64,000 nucleotides of DNA from an uncultured Chloroflexia bacterium (GCA_963813335.1 CAWEYL010000003.1:192001-256000); one strand, 5' to 3'. Numbered from the stretch's first letter, positions 18,776 through 31,038 are shown. A program made the numbers and translations. Notes: generated from the sequence alone by a model not told the origin.

Positions 18776-19839
18776 CGACCGTCCCGCTCGCCTACGTCTG
18801 GGGCGACGACGAGTTCGCCGTGGAGCGCGTGATCCGCGAGTTCGCGAGCCGGCTGGCAGGCGACGTCGGTGCCCCGCTCGAGCGCTGGGACACCCGCGTC
18901 GACAAGGTCCACGCTGCCGCGCAGGTCGCCGAGCTGGGCGAACGCCTGGGGACTGGCGTGATGTTCGGCGGCGGGACGCTGGCCGTGGTCGCGAACCTTG
19001 GCGTGGCCGCCCCCGGCAAGGCCGGCAAGGACGCGCTCGTCGCGATGCTGGACGTCATCCAGCCCGGCAACGCCCTCGCGGTCGTCGACCTCGTCGAGAC
19101 GGGCAAGGCCAAGCGGGACGCGCCGCCCCAGAAGGTCCTGGCGGCCGCGATCGCGGAACGCAAGGGTGTGGTCGCGTTCCGCCAGTCGCCGAAGGCCAAC
19201 GACCTCGCGGGTTGGATCGCGGCGCAGGCGCACGAGCGCGACATGGCCCTCGCCCCGGGGGCCGCGAAGGAGCTGGCCGAGCGGATCGGCGGCTTCGTCA
19301 GCCAGGGCGACGCCGAGCGCCGCTACCAGACCCGGACGGCGTCGATGGAGCTCGACAAGCTGGCGCTCTACCGCGACGGGGCGACGGTCACGATCGAGGA
19401 CGTCCGCGCCCTCGTGGCTGAGGCGGTCCCGGGCTCGATCTGGGCCTTCAGCGATGCCGTCGGCGAGCGCAGGACCGGGCCGGCCCTCACCATGCTCGAG
19501 CGATTGCTCGACACCGCCCCCGAGCCGGTGCTGATCACGGTCCTGCACCGGCGGATCCGCGAGCTGCTCGAGATGGCCGACCGCCTGGCCGCCGGCGAGT
19601 CGCTCGCGGCGGCCGCGCGGGCGATGGCCATCAACAGCGAGTTCCGGGCGAGGACGCTGGCAGCCCAGGCGCGGGTCTGGACGATCCCCGAGCTGCACGC
19701 CGCGCTGGACGGCCTGCTCGAGATCGACGCGCTGATCAAGGGGGCGCCTGGGACGTTCGCCACCACCGAGCAGCGCCGGATGGCGTTCACGCTCTGGGTG
19801 ATCGACCACGTCGGCGCCCGCGAGCGCCGCTCAGCCTAG
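18772..19839 (+). CDS. holA: DNA polymerase III subunit delta
   Basis: YVWGDDEF, GVMFGG, MELDKLALY, IWAFSDAV, DALIKG; conserved position after comEC. Confidence 0.8.
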   Translation: MTTVPLAYVWGDDEFAVERVIREFASRLAGDVGAPLERWDTRVDKVHAAAQVAELGERLGTGVMFGGGTLAVVANLGVAAPGKAGKDALVAMLDVIQPGNALAVVDLVETGKAKRDAPPQKVLAAAIAERKGVVAFRQSPKANDLAGWIAAQAHERDMALAPGAAKELAERIGGFVSQGDAERRYQTRTASMELDKLALYRDGATVTIEDVRALVAEAVPGSIWAFSDAVGERRTGPALTMLERLLDTAPEPVLITVLHRRIRELLEMADRLAAGESLAAAARAMAINSEFRARTLAAQARVWTIPELHAALDGLLEIDALIKGAPGTFATTEQRRMAFTLWVIDHVGARERRSA

Positions 19840-20084
19840 GAGGACCAGGCCTGCTCCTGGACGACGAGGTCGCTCTCGATGGCGAAGACGCAGCGGCCCT
19901 CGCCCAGGTCGAGCAGCTCGATCAGGTCGGGGTCGATGTAGAGCTGCGAGCAGTCCTCGCACAGGCCGCCGGGGATGCCGAAGCACAGCCGCTCACTCCG
20001 GTCGGGCAACCGGAACGTGGTATCGAACCGGGTCGTGATGAGCCGGCGACCACAGGCTGGGCAACGGTCTCGCATGGGCGACAT
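19836..20084 (-). CDS. Small zinc-ribbon protein (YgiT/MqsA N-terminal type)
   Basis: CPAC...GIPGGLCEDCSQLYID; TAGATT-N6-ATG. Confidence 0.65.
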   Translation of the reverse strand: MSPMRDRCPACGRRLITTRFDTTFRLPDRSERLCFGIPGGLCEDCSQLYIDPDLIELLDLGEGRCVFAIESDLVVQEQAWSS

Positions 20085-20184
20085 GCGCGAAATCTAGGCT
20101 CGGCCCGTCATCCCCCGGCATGACCCGACGGTACTGGCCACCCCGTACCCGCCCGAACCGCCCTCGACGGCCGCGCGACCCCCG

Positions 20185-20697
20185 CTACAGGACGCGGAGG
20201 ACGGTCTTCGCCTCGGACCAGTGCTTCTCCAGCCCGTAGTAGTCGCGCTCGGGCGGCGTGAAGATGTGGACGATGACCGAGCCGTAGTCGAGCAGGACCC
20301 AGTGCGACGCGGCCGTGCCCTCGCGGCCGATGGGCCTGGTCTTGCTGTCGCGCAGCTCGCTCGCGATCCCGTCCGCGATCGCCGCGATCTGGCGCTCCGA
20401 GCCGCCCGAGCAGATCACGAAGTAGTCCGCGAGGGTGGTGAGCGGGTACAGCTCGAGCAGCACGATGTCGGCTGCCTTCTTGTCCTCGGCCAGCTCGACG
20501 ATGCGGCGGGCGAGCGCGAGCGGCTCCTGGTCGGCCTTCGGGGCGGCGGCCCGGCGCGGCAGGCCGTCGGCGTTCGGCGCCCCGCTGGCGGGCGCGGCCT
20601 TGGTCGTCGCCTTGGGCTTCGCGGCGGTCTTGCGCTTCGCAGTCGCCTTCGGCTTCGCGGCGGCCTTCGGCTTCGCCGGAAGCGCGGGTTCGGTCAC
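20185..20697 (-). CDS. rsfS: Ribosome silencing factor with Lys/Ala-rich N-terminal extension
   Basis: DKKAADIVLL, DYFVICSG.SERQ, WVLLDYGSVIVHIF..ERDYYGLEKHW. Confidence 0.93.
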   Translation of the reverse strand: MTEPALPAKPKAAAKPKATAKRKTAAKPKATTKAAPASGAPNADGLPRRAAAPKADQEPLALARRIVELAEDKKAADIVLLELYPLTTLADYFVICSGGSERQIAAIADGIASELRDSKTRPIGREGTAASHWVLLDYGSVIVHIFTPPERDYYGLEKHWSEAKTVLRVL

Positions 20698-21323
20698 GAT
20701 CGGTCATCCCTCCTGGTGGTTCGGTAGAGGTCATGGTCGCCGATATAGGCGGCCACCGCATCCGGGACCAGGTAGCGCAGGGACCGTCCCGTGGCGGCGC
20801 GCGTCCGCAGCTCCGAGGCTGACAGTCGGATGCGCGGCCCGTCGAGCACCACGACCCGTCCCTCCATCCCCGGAAAGTGGCGGGCCACGAGCTCGGGCCC
20901 GGCGTCCGGGTAGCCGTCGCGCGGCGCGATCGCCAGCCGCGCCAGCTCCAGCACGCGCCGCGGCTCGTGCCAGGTGGGCAGGCCTGCATACGCCTCCGAC
21001 GAGAGGATCAGCACGAGGTCCGGATCCGTGGCGGCGAGCGCCTCGAGCGTGTCGACGGTGTACGACGGGCCGGGCCGGTCGAGCTCGATCCGGCTGGCCT
21101 CGAACGCCGGGTTGCCGGCGATCGCCGCCTCGACCATCGCCAGCCGGTCGGCGCCCGACGAGATCGCCTGGTCCGGCTTGTGCGGCGGCACGCCGGCCGG
21201 CATGAACAGCACGCGCTCGAGCCCGAGGCTGTCGCGGGCCGACTCGGCCACCGCGAGATGGGCGAGGTGGATGGGATCGAAGGTGCCGCCGAAGACGCCC
21301 AGGCCCCGGTGTCGGCCGATCAC
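20694..21323 (-). CDS. nadD: Nicotinate-nucleotide adenylyltransferase
   Basis: LGVFGGTFDPIHLAHL, PPHK, PSYTVDTL, LSASELR; GTG start overlapping the obgE stop. Confidence 0.93.
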   Translation of the reverse strand: MIGRHRGLGVFGGTFDPIHLAHLAVAESARDSLGLERVLFMPAGVPPHKPDQAISSGADRLAMVEAAIAGNPAFEASRIELDRPGPSYTVDTLEALAATDPDLVLILSSEAYAGLPTWHEPRRVLELARLAIAPRDGYPDAGPELVARHFPGMEGRVVVLDGPRIRLSASELRTRAATGRSLRYLVPDAVAAYIGDHDLYRTTRRDDRS

Positions 21324-22616
21324 CGCTCGTCCCACGGTTCGGGCTCCCACTCGAGCTCGGTCGCGCCGATGCGGACCATGTCGCCCGGCACGATGCCGGC
21401 GCGCCGGAGCCCCGTGTCGATCCCCATCTTCGCGAGGTCGCGCTGGAAGCGCTCGGCCGATTCCTCGACCTCGAAATTGGTCTGGGCCGCGATCCGCTCG
21501 ATGCGCGTGCCGCGGACCCGGAAGACGCCGTCCTCCTCGGGCTCGATGGTGAAGCCGTCGCCGATCGCCTCGATGCGATGGACCACGACCCCCGACGGCT
21601 CGGGTGGCTCCGCCATGTCCGCGGGGTCCGGCAGCAGCTCGGCGAGCCGGGCGCGGAACGCGCCGACGCCCTCCCCCGTGGCCGCGGACAGCGCGACGAC
21701 GGCGAGACCGTCCGCCTCGCGCTTGCGGCGGAACGCGGGCCACGCCTCCGCGGCGCGCCGGCAGGTCCACCTTGTTGAAGGCGATCAGCATCGGCTTGGC
21801 GAGGAGCGCCGGGTCGTGAGCCGCCAGCTCGTCGCGGATGATCTCGTGGTCCCACTCGGGGTCGCGCGACGAGCCGTCCACGACGTGGACGAGGATGCGG
21901 GTCCGCTCGACGTGGCGCAGGAACTCGTGGCCCAGCCCGAGGCCGGCGCTCGCGCCCTCGATCAGCCCGGGGACGTCGGCGATCGACGGCCGGCGCTCGT
22001 CCTCGTCGCCGAGGTCCATGACCCCGAGGTTCGGCTCGAGGGTCGTGAACGGGTAGTCGGCGATCTTCGGCTGGGCCGCGGTGACGGCCGCGAGGATCGT
22101 GGACTTGCCGGCGTTCGGGAGCCCCACGAGCCCGATGTCGGCGATCAGCCGGAGCTCGAGGCGGAACGCCCCCTCGGTACCCGGTTCGCCTTTCTGGGCG
22201 TGCTTGGGGGCCTGGTGCGTGGAGGTCTTGAAGTGCGTGTTCCCGAGGCCGCCGCGCCCGCCGCGGGCGATCATCGCGCGCTGCCCGCGGGCCACGAGGT
22301 CCGCCACGAGCTCGCCGGTCTCGTCGCTGTACACGGCCGTCCCGGGCGGGACGGTCAGGACGAGGTCGTCGCCGGCCTTGCCGTGCCGGCGCGAGCCCTC
22401 GCCCCGACCGCCCGGCGTCGCCTTGAAGTGGCGCTTCACCTGGAAGTCGCGCAGCGTGGTCTGGCCGGGGTCGACCTCGAGGTAGATGGAGCCGCCCCGG
22501 CCGCCGTCGCCGCCATCGGGCCCGCCGCGCGGGACATGGGCCTCACGTCGGAACGTCGCGGCCCCGTCGCCCCCATCGCCGGCACGGACCCGGATCGTCA
22601 CGCGGTCGAGGAACAT
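21320..22616 (-). CDS. obgE: GTPase ObgE (with OCT domain); apparent +1 frameshift near 21755
   Basis: MFLDRV..GDGGDG..FRRE..PRGGPDGGDGGRGG, GLPNAGKST, YPFTT, DVPGL, NKVD; the C-terminal OCT domain is in the next frame (21320..21616). Confidence 0.93.
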
Positions 22617-22683
22617 CGGACGCATTCTCGCATGGCGTCCGGACCATCCCGCGAGAGGAGACCGAGTCGCCGGGGCGAGCGAC

Positions 22684-24084
22684 CTAGAGGTAGCCCAGCG
22701 GGTTGACGCGCGTGCCGCCGTCCCAGACGGGGCCCACCCAGACCTCGAAGTGGAGGTGCGGGCCGGTGGCGTTGCCGGACTGGCCGATGCGACCCACCTG
22801 CTGGCCGCGGTCCACGTGCTGGCCGCGCCCGACGGTGATCGCCGACATGTGGTTGTACGTGGTGTACAGGTTCGAGCCGTGGGCGATCCAGACCTGGTAG
22901 CCGCCGCCGTTGCTCTTCCAGCCGGCGAAGATGACCGTCCCGCCGCCGCCCGCACGCACCGTCGAGCCGTAGTCGGCGGCGATGTCGATCGCGTAGTGGC
23001 CGTAGTGGAAGTACTGGCTGATGTAGTTGCCGCCGCCGACCACCGGCCACAGGAAGTGGCCGCCGTTGTAGGTCGTGGGCGGTCGGACCGAGCCGCCACC
23101 GCCACCGCCGCCGCTCGAGTGGCGCGTCGTGTGGGTGATGGTGGTCTTGGCCGGCGGCTTCGGGATCTTGATGCCCTTGCCCGCCGCGCCCGGGATCACG
23201 ATGACCTGGCCGACGACCAGGTTCGGATCCTGGAGCCCGTTCGTGGTGAGGATGTCCTGCTTGTCGACGCTGTACTTCGCGGCGAAGGCGTCGAGCGTGT
23301 CGTTCGGCGTGACCGTCACGACCAGGCCCGTGACCGGCGGGATCGTGAGGACCTGGCCGATGTGCAGGTCGTTCTTGTTCTTGAGGTCGTTGGCCCACCA
23401 GACCGTCATCATCGAGACGTCGAACTTGGCGGCGATGCCGACGAGCGTGTCGCCCGACTTCACCTTGTAGGTCCGCAGGAGGTCGCTGCCGTCCTCGATG
23501 GCCGTGTCGACGGCGATCGGCTTGAGGAGGGTGCCGTCCTCGAGGAAGGGGCCCTGGACGGCCACGGTCGCGCTGTCGGTGACCGTGTTGCCGGAATCGC
23601 CGGCGGCAAGGTTCGCGTCGACGCCGGATGCACCGCCGTCCCCGGCGCTCACGCTCTGGTAGTCGTCCCCGTCGATCGCGCCGTTGCGGGCGAGGCCGCC
23701 GACCGCGGCAGCCGGGATGCGGGCCGCGTCGCCGTCGCCGGTCGGGCCGCCGATCGGGCCGCCGTTCGCGGGGCCGCCGGCCGACACGCTCGCGACCGAT
23801 GCGCCGAGCACGATGGTCGCGACGGCCACGGCGACGATCCGGTCGTGCCCGAGGCGGGCGACGAGTCCGCGACTGCCGAGCGGCGCCGCCTGCGCCCGGT
23901 GGCGGCGGCGGTCATGGGTGGGGGCGAGGTGGGCGGCAACGGCGAGGGAGCGCACGCCGCCGCGCACCTGGCGGGCAGCAGACGCACTCCGGGTCTGGAG
24001 CGTCGAAGCGGGGTCGGGCCCGAGGCTCCTGGGTCGACGCAGCCGTCCGATGACGCGCTGGACGCCGACCGATGCATTCAGCAA
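22684..24084 (-). CDS. LysM-domain M23 family peptidase (cell-wall endopeptidase)
   Basis: YKVKSGDTL..IA, second LysM, HYAIDIA, YNHMS, TGPHLHFEV. Confidence 0.9.
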   Translation of the reverse strand: MLNASVGVQRVIGRLRRPRSLGPDPASTLQTRSASAARQVRGGVRSLAVAAHLAPTHDRRRHRAQAAPLGSRGLVARLGHDRIVAVAVATIVLGASVASVSAGGPANGGPIGGPTGDGDAARIPAAAVGGLARNGAIDGDDYQSVSAGDGGASGVDANLAAGDSGNTVTDSATVAVQGPFLEDGTLLKPIAVDTAIEDGSDLLRTYKVKSGDTLVGIAAKFDVSMMTVWWANDLKNKNDLHIGQVLTIPPVTGLVVTVTPNDTLDAFAAKYSVDKQDILTTNGLQDPNLVVGQVIVIPGAAGKGIKIPKPPAKTTITHTTRHSSGGGGGGGSVRPPTTYNGGHFLWPVVGGGNYISQYFHYGHYAIDIAADYGSTVRAGGGGTVIFAGWKSNGGGYQVWIAHGSNLYTTYNHMSAITVGRGQHVDRGQQVGRIGQSGNATGPHLHFEVWVGPVWDGGTRVNPLGYL

Positions 24085-24352
24085 TACGGTCTCCTGGCGT
24101 GTGGGACGGTCGCTGGCGCGGGATGGTGCGCGAGGATCTCGGAGTGGGGGTCGACCGTCCTGGGTCGCGGTATCGAGCTGGGGGTCTCTCTTCGCGGCCG
24201 CTACCCGCTTCTCGGGCTACGACATCACCCCGAACGGTACCACGGAGGTTGCGACACTGACAAACCCCAGAAGCTTGCGAAACGGTGACAGTTGCCCTTC
24301 TGTGGTGGCTCCGGGCACCGTCGCAGCGTCCGGCGACCGCCTGACCGCCCCT

Positions 24353-25747
24353 CTAGGCGTCGAGGCTCTTGGTCAGCGTCGAGAGGAACTCGGCGTTCGA
24401 CTGGGTCTTGGCCAGCCGATTGAGCAGGATCTCGATGCCCTCGTTGGCGCCGACCGCGGACAGCATCCGGCGCATGGTCCAGACCATCTTGAGGGTGCCC
24501 TCCTCGAGGAGCAGCTCCTCGCGCCGGGTGCCCGAGCGCTGCACGTCGATGGACGGGAAGATCCGCTTCTCGGCGAGCTTGCGATCGAGGATGAGCTCCG
24601 AGTTACCGGTGCCCTTGAACTCCTCGTAGATGACGTCGTCCATGCGCGAGCCGGTGTCGACGAGGCATGTGCCGATGATGGTCAGCGAGCCGCCTTCCTC
24701 GATGTTGCGCGCCGCCCCGAAGAAGCGCTTCGGGGGATAGAGGGCGATCGGGTCGAGGCCACCGGAGAGGGTCCGGCCCGACGGCGGGAGGGCGAGGTTG
24801 TAGGCGCGGGCGAGCCGCGTGATCGAGTCGAGCAGGATCACGACGTCGCGGCCGGTCTCGACCTGGCGCTTGGCGATCTCGAGCGCCATCTCGGCGACAT
24901 GGGTGTGGTTCTCGGTCGGCTCGTCGAAGGTCGAGCTGATGACCTCGCCCTTGACGCTGCGACGCATGTCGGTGACCTCCTCGGGGCGCTCGCCGATGAG
25001 CGCGACCATGAGGAGCATCTCCGGGTAGTTGGCGCTGATGCCGTTGGCGATCTGCTTGAGGAGCATCGTCTTGCCGGCCTTCGGCGGGCTGACGATGAGG
25101 GCGCGCTGGCCCTTGCCGAGCGGGTTCACGAGGTTGATCAGCCGCTGGCTGAGGTTCTTCGGGTCCGTCTCGAGGTTGATCAGGACGTCCGGGTGGACCG
25201 GGGTCAGGTCGCCGAAGACCGGTCGGCGGCGGGCGGTCTCGGTGTCGACGCCGTTGACCGAGTCGACCCGGAGCATGCCCCAGTACTTCTCGGCCTCGCG
25301 CGGGGCGCGCACGGCGCCGGCGACGCGGTCGCCGATGCGCAGGCCGAAGCGGCGCACCTGGCTGGAGCTGACGTAGACGTCGTCCGGGCTGGGCAGCAGG
25401 CCGTGGCGGCGCATGAAGCCGAAGCCCTCGTCGACGATGTCGAGGATGCCGCTCGCGTAGGCGTGGCCGGCTCGCTCCGTCTGGCGCTGGAGGATGAGGT
25501 CGACGAGGTCGTCCTTGCGCTCTCCGGCGGCGGTCTCGAGCTCGAGGTCGCGGGAGACCTGGCGGAGCTCCGACACGCTCATCTCGCGGAGGTCGCTGAC
25601 CTCGAGGTCGTTCCGCTCACGGGCGGCCTCGAGCTCCTGCTGCTCCTCGAATTCGGTGACTGGGGCGCGGCCGCCACCGATGGGATTGCGTCGGCGGGGA
25701 CGGCGGTTGCGCGATCGATCGCGCTGGTCTGGGCCTGGTCCGGGCAT
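24353..25747 (-). CDS. rho: Transcription termination factor Rho
   Basis: GFGFMR, DVYVSSSQVRRFGLR, PPKAGKT, DSITRLARAYN, EEFKGTGNSE. Confidence 0.97.
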   Translation of the reverse strand: MPGPGPDQRDRSRNRRPRRRNPIGGGRAPVTEFEEQQELEAARERNDLEVSDLREMSVSELRQVSRDLELETAAGERKDDLVDLILQRQTERAGHAYASGILDIVDEGFGFMRRHGLLPSPDDVYVSSSQVRRFGLRIGDRVAGAVRAPREAEKYWGMLRVDSVNGVDTETARRRPVFGDLTPVHPDVLINLETDPKNLSQRLINLVNPLGKGQRALIVSPPKAGKTMLLKQIANGISANYPEMLLMVALIGERPEEVTDMRRSVKGEVISSTFDEPTENHTHVAEMALEIAKRQVETGRDVVILLDSITRLARAYNLALPPSGRTLSGGLDPIALYPPKRFFGAARNIEEGGSLTIIGTCLVDTGSRMDDVIYEEFKGTGNSELILDRKLAEKRIFPSIDVQRSGTRREELLLEEGTLKMVWTMRRMLSAVGANEGIEILLNRLAKTQSNAEFLSTLTKSLDA

Positions 25748-25899
25748 ATGGGAAGGGTCACCTACGGGTGAAGGAGGGGGCCGGGCGATGGTGCGCGCGG
25801 AATCGCTGCCGCAGCGCGGGTGCCGGTCGGGATGAGCGGAGCATAGACGCGCCGCGCGGGCTCGTCAACGGCCTGCGAGCCCGTACCATCGGGCGTGCC

Positions 25900-26877
25900 A
25901 TGCCCAGACCCGACGGCCTGACGATCGGCCCGTTCACGCCCGACGCGCTCGACGAGGCGGGCCGCCTGCTGGCCGCCCGCCACCGGGTCCAGCGGCTGAC
26001 CGAGCCCGGCCTCTCGCCGGCCTACGAGGATCCGGCCCTCGCGCGGGCCGAGGTGGCCTCGATCGCGGCCGGCGACGGGGCGTCCGGCGCGGTCGCCCGC
26101 CGCGGCGGCGAGCTGGTGGGCTATCTCCTGGGCTCGCCGCGCGCCGCGCTGTGGGGTGCCAACCGCTGGGTGGAGGGGGCCGGCCACGCGGTGCTCGACC
26201 CCGAGACGGTCCGCGACCTGTACGGGTTCGCCGCGGGCCGCTGGGTCGAGGAGGGGGCGACGAACCACTACGCCATCGTGCCGGCCACCGACCCGGCCCT
26301 CGTGGAGGCATGGTTCCGCGTCGGGTTCGGCCAGCAGCACGTCCACGCCATCCGCGAGGTGCCGGATGCCGGGATGACGGCCACGGCCCGCGACGGGCTC
26401 ACCGTGCGGCGGGCCGAGCGCCGCGACATCGGGGCGATGGGCCGCATCGACGTCGCGCTGCCGGAGCACCAGGTGCGCTCGCCGGTCTTCTCGATGCAGA
26501 CGCCGCCGACGGTCGAGGCGTCGGTCGCGGACATCGAGGCGGACTTCGATGACCCGCGCTTCGCGACGTTCGTCGTCGAGCACGACGGTGCCGTGGTCGG
26601 CTTCGCGGTGGGCTGCGGCATCGAGATGTCGTCCGAGCACCGCGGCATCGTGCGGCCCGACCGGGCCGGCTTCCTGGGGTTCGCGGCCGTGCTGCCGGAG
26701 GCGCGCGGCCTCGGAGCCGGCCGGGTCCTCGGCGAGGCGGTCCTCGCGTGGTCGCGCGACGCGGGCTATCCGACGGTCATCACCGACTGGCGCGAGACGA
26801 ACCTGCTCTCGAGCCGAACCTGGCCGCGGCTCGGCTTCCGCCCGATCTTCCGGCGCCTGTTCCGCGCGATCGCCTGA
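25900..26877 (+). CDS. GNAT family N-acetyltransferase (tandem GNAT)
   Basis: AVLPEARGLGAG, TDWRETN..SSRTWPRLGF. Confidence 0.8.
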   Translation: MPRPDGLTIGPFTPDALDEAGRLLAARHRVQRLTEPGLSPAYEDPALARAEVASIAAGDGASGAVARRGGELVGYLLGSPRAALWGANRWVEGAGHAVLDPETVRDLYGFAAGRWVEEGATNHYAIVPATDPALVEAWFRVGFGQQHVHAIREVPDAGMTATARDGLTVRRAERRDIGAMGRIDVALPEHQVRSPVFSMQTPPTVEASVADIEADFDDPRFATFVVEHDGAVVGFAVGCGIEMSSEHRGIVRPDRAGFLGFAAVLPEARGLGAGRVLGEAVLAWSRDAGYPTVITDWRETNLLSSRTWPRLGFRPIFRRLFRAIA

Positions 26878-26958
26878 CCGCGGGTGGGCTGGCGGGGGCC
26901 GCGGCTTGGCCCGGGGCGGCGACGGCTCACCGGACGGGAACCGCCGCGCATCAGCTCC

Positions 26959-27150
26959 TGTCAGATGACCACCAGGCGGTCGCTGGTCAGAGATCCCCGG
27001 CCAGATGGTCGTCTGGGGATGCATCTGACATGCGCGGGCGGGCGACCCGTGCGTGCGGCCCGGGGCGGCCGGCGTCGATCGGTGACCAAGGACCGCCTGA
27101 GGGTCGTCTGGCACACGGGGTCCAGGGCCGGACCGGTCGTTCTGCAGAAC
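26959..27150. repeat. Degenerate palindromic/REP-like intergenic element
   Basis: TGTCAGATG 26959/CATCTGACA 27022 inverted repeat; GGTCGTCTGG at 27007 and 27102; palindrome GTTCTGCAGAAC at 27139. Confidence 0.4.
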
Positions 27151-27178
27151 GCGGTCGGCCGGCCGGGCCGGCACGCGA

Positions 27179-27841
27179 TCAGGCCTTGGACGCCGCCGCG
27201 GCGCGAGCGCCTTCCCAGTCCTTCTTGAACTGGACGATGCCCTTGTCGGTCAGGGGGTGGTGGACCATCTGCTGGAGGACCTTGAACGGGACCGTCGCGA
27301 CGTGCGCCCCGGCCAGCGCGGCCTGGGTCATGTGCAGCGGGTTGCGGATGGAGGCGGCGAGGACCTCGGTGTCCAGCTCGTGGATGGCGACGATCTCCAC
27401 CAGCTCGCGGATGACGATCATGCCGTCCTGGTTGATGTCGTCGAGCCGGCCCACGAACGGCGAGAGGAGGCTCGCCCCGGCCTTCGCCGCGAGGAGCCCC
27501 TGGTTCGCCGTGAAGATCAACGTGCAGTTGGTCTTGATGCCTTCCTCGGCGAAGCGGTAGATCGCTTCGAGGCCGTTCTCGCTCATCGCGACCTTGACCA
27601 CGATGTTCGGCGCCAGCTTGGCGAAGTGGCGACCCTCCTCGAGCATCCCCTCGACGTCGTCGCTGATGACCTCGGCCGAGACCGGCCCGGAGGTGATCTT
27701 GCAGACCTCCTTGAGGATCTCCTCGTAGGAGCCGCCCACCTTGGCGTAGAGGGTCGGGTTGGTGGTGACCCCGTCGAGCACGCCCCAGCGGGCGGCGATC
27801 CGGATCTCTTCGATATCGGCGGTGTCGAGGAAGATCTTCAT
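27179..27841 (-). CDS. tal: Short transaldolase / fructose-6-phosphate aldolase family
   Basis: IFLDTA, GVTTNPT, VVKV, NCTLIF, SPFVGRLDD, AASIR, HPLTDKG. Confidence 0.92.
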   Translation of the reverse strand: MKIFLDTADIEEIRIAARWGVLDGVTTNPTLYAKVGGSYEEILKEVCKITSGPVSAEVISDDVEGMLEEGRHFAKLAPNIVVKVAMSENGLEAIYRFAEEGIKTNCTLIFTANQGLLAAKAGASLLSPFVGRLDDINQDGMIVIRELVEIVAIHELDTEVLAASIRNPLHMTQAALAGAHVATVPFKVLQQMVHHPLTDKGIVQFKKDWEGARAAAASKA

Positions 27842-27905
27842 CGGTCGTGGCTCCCTTTCGTTCAGGCGGAGTCTACGGCGCGCGACGTGAACGGATCGTT
27901 GCCGT

Positions 27906-30300
<2,395 letters not shown>

Positions 30301-30368
30301 CTATCGGAAAGCGGCCCGGATGGCGAATCGGATCCGGCGAACGCGCCGTCGTCGTCGGTCTGGGACGT

Positions 30369-30399
30369 GGTTGACTAAGTCGGACTAACCTCGTACGGT
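30369..30399 (+). promoter_or_regulatory. TA promoter/operator
   Basis: TTGACT-N17-TACGGT; GACTAAGTC palindrome and GACTAA direct repeat within GGTT...AACC. Confidence 0.6.
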
Positions 30400-30405
30400 C
30401 ACCAC

Positions 30406-30642
30406 GTGGTCGAACCGGTGGTGAACATCCACGAAGCCAAGACGCACCTCTCGCGACTCGTCGAACGCGTCGAGGCCGGCGAGGAGGTCGTCATCGCGCG
30501 CGCCGGGCGCCCGGTCGCACGGCTGATCCCCTATCGCGCGCGGACGCGCCTTCGAACGCCCGGGCTCTGGCGCGGGATCGTCCGCATCGCGCCGGACTTC
30601 GACGCGACCGACGACGTCGTGCTCGACGCCTTCGAGTCATGA
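30406..30642 (+). CDS. Phd/YefM family antitoxin
   Basis: VNIHEAKTHLSRLV..VEAGEEVVIARAGRPVARL. Confidence 0.93.
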   Translation: MVEPVVNIHEAKTHLSRLVERVEAGEEVVIARAGRPVARLIPYRARTRLRTPGLWRGIVRIAPDFDATDDVVLDAFES

Positions 30643-31016
30643 TCCTGCTGCTCGACGCCCACACCGTCATCTGGTGGCTCGCGGATGACCCATCCCTGCA
30701 TCCCGCGGCACGCGCTGCGATCGAGGATCCGGCCAACGATGTCCTGGTCTCAGCAGCGAGCATCTGGGAGATCGGCATCAAGCGGGCGCTTGGCAAGCTC
30801 GATGCCCCCGCGGGCCTGGTCGACGCGATCGGCGAGACGGGCTTCGATGTCCTGCCGATCACGGGCATCGACGCCGAGCTCGCCGGGTCGCTGCCGGCGC
30901 ACCATCGCGACCCCTTCGACCGGATGCTCGTGGCCCAGGCGGCGCGCGTCGGCGCGATCGTGGTCAGTCGCGACACGGCCTTCCTCGCGTACGGGACGGA
31001 CGTTCTGACGGCCTGA
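30639..31016 (+). CDS. vapC: VapC/PIN domain toxin
   Basis: LLLDAHTVIW, VSAASIWEI, HHRDPFDRMLVAQA, VSRD. Confidence 0.93.
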   Translation: MILLLDAHTVIWWLADDPSLHPAARAAIEDPANDVLVSAASIWEIGIKRALGKLDAPAGLVDAIGETGFDVLPITGIDAELAGSLPAHHRDPFDRMLVAQAARVGAIVVSRDTAFLAYGTDVLTA

Positions 31017-31038
31017 GCGACCGCGACCGGCACTCGCC

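Noticed and set aside
20694-23105. Apparent 803-aa ObgE-NadD fusion
   Set aside because: Created by the +1 frameshift in obgE; the OCT domain and a separate nadD GTG start are present
24085-24265. ydaO/c-di-AMP riboswitch upstream of the M23 gene
   Set aside because: Characteristic GAATC/GGGGAACC/GTCAGCTAAC elements are absent
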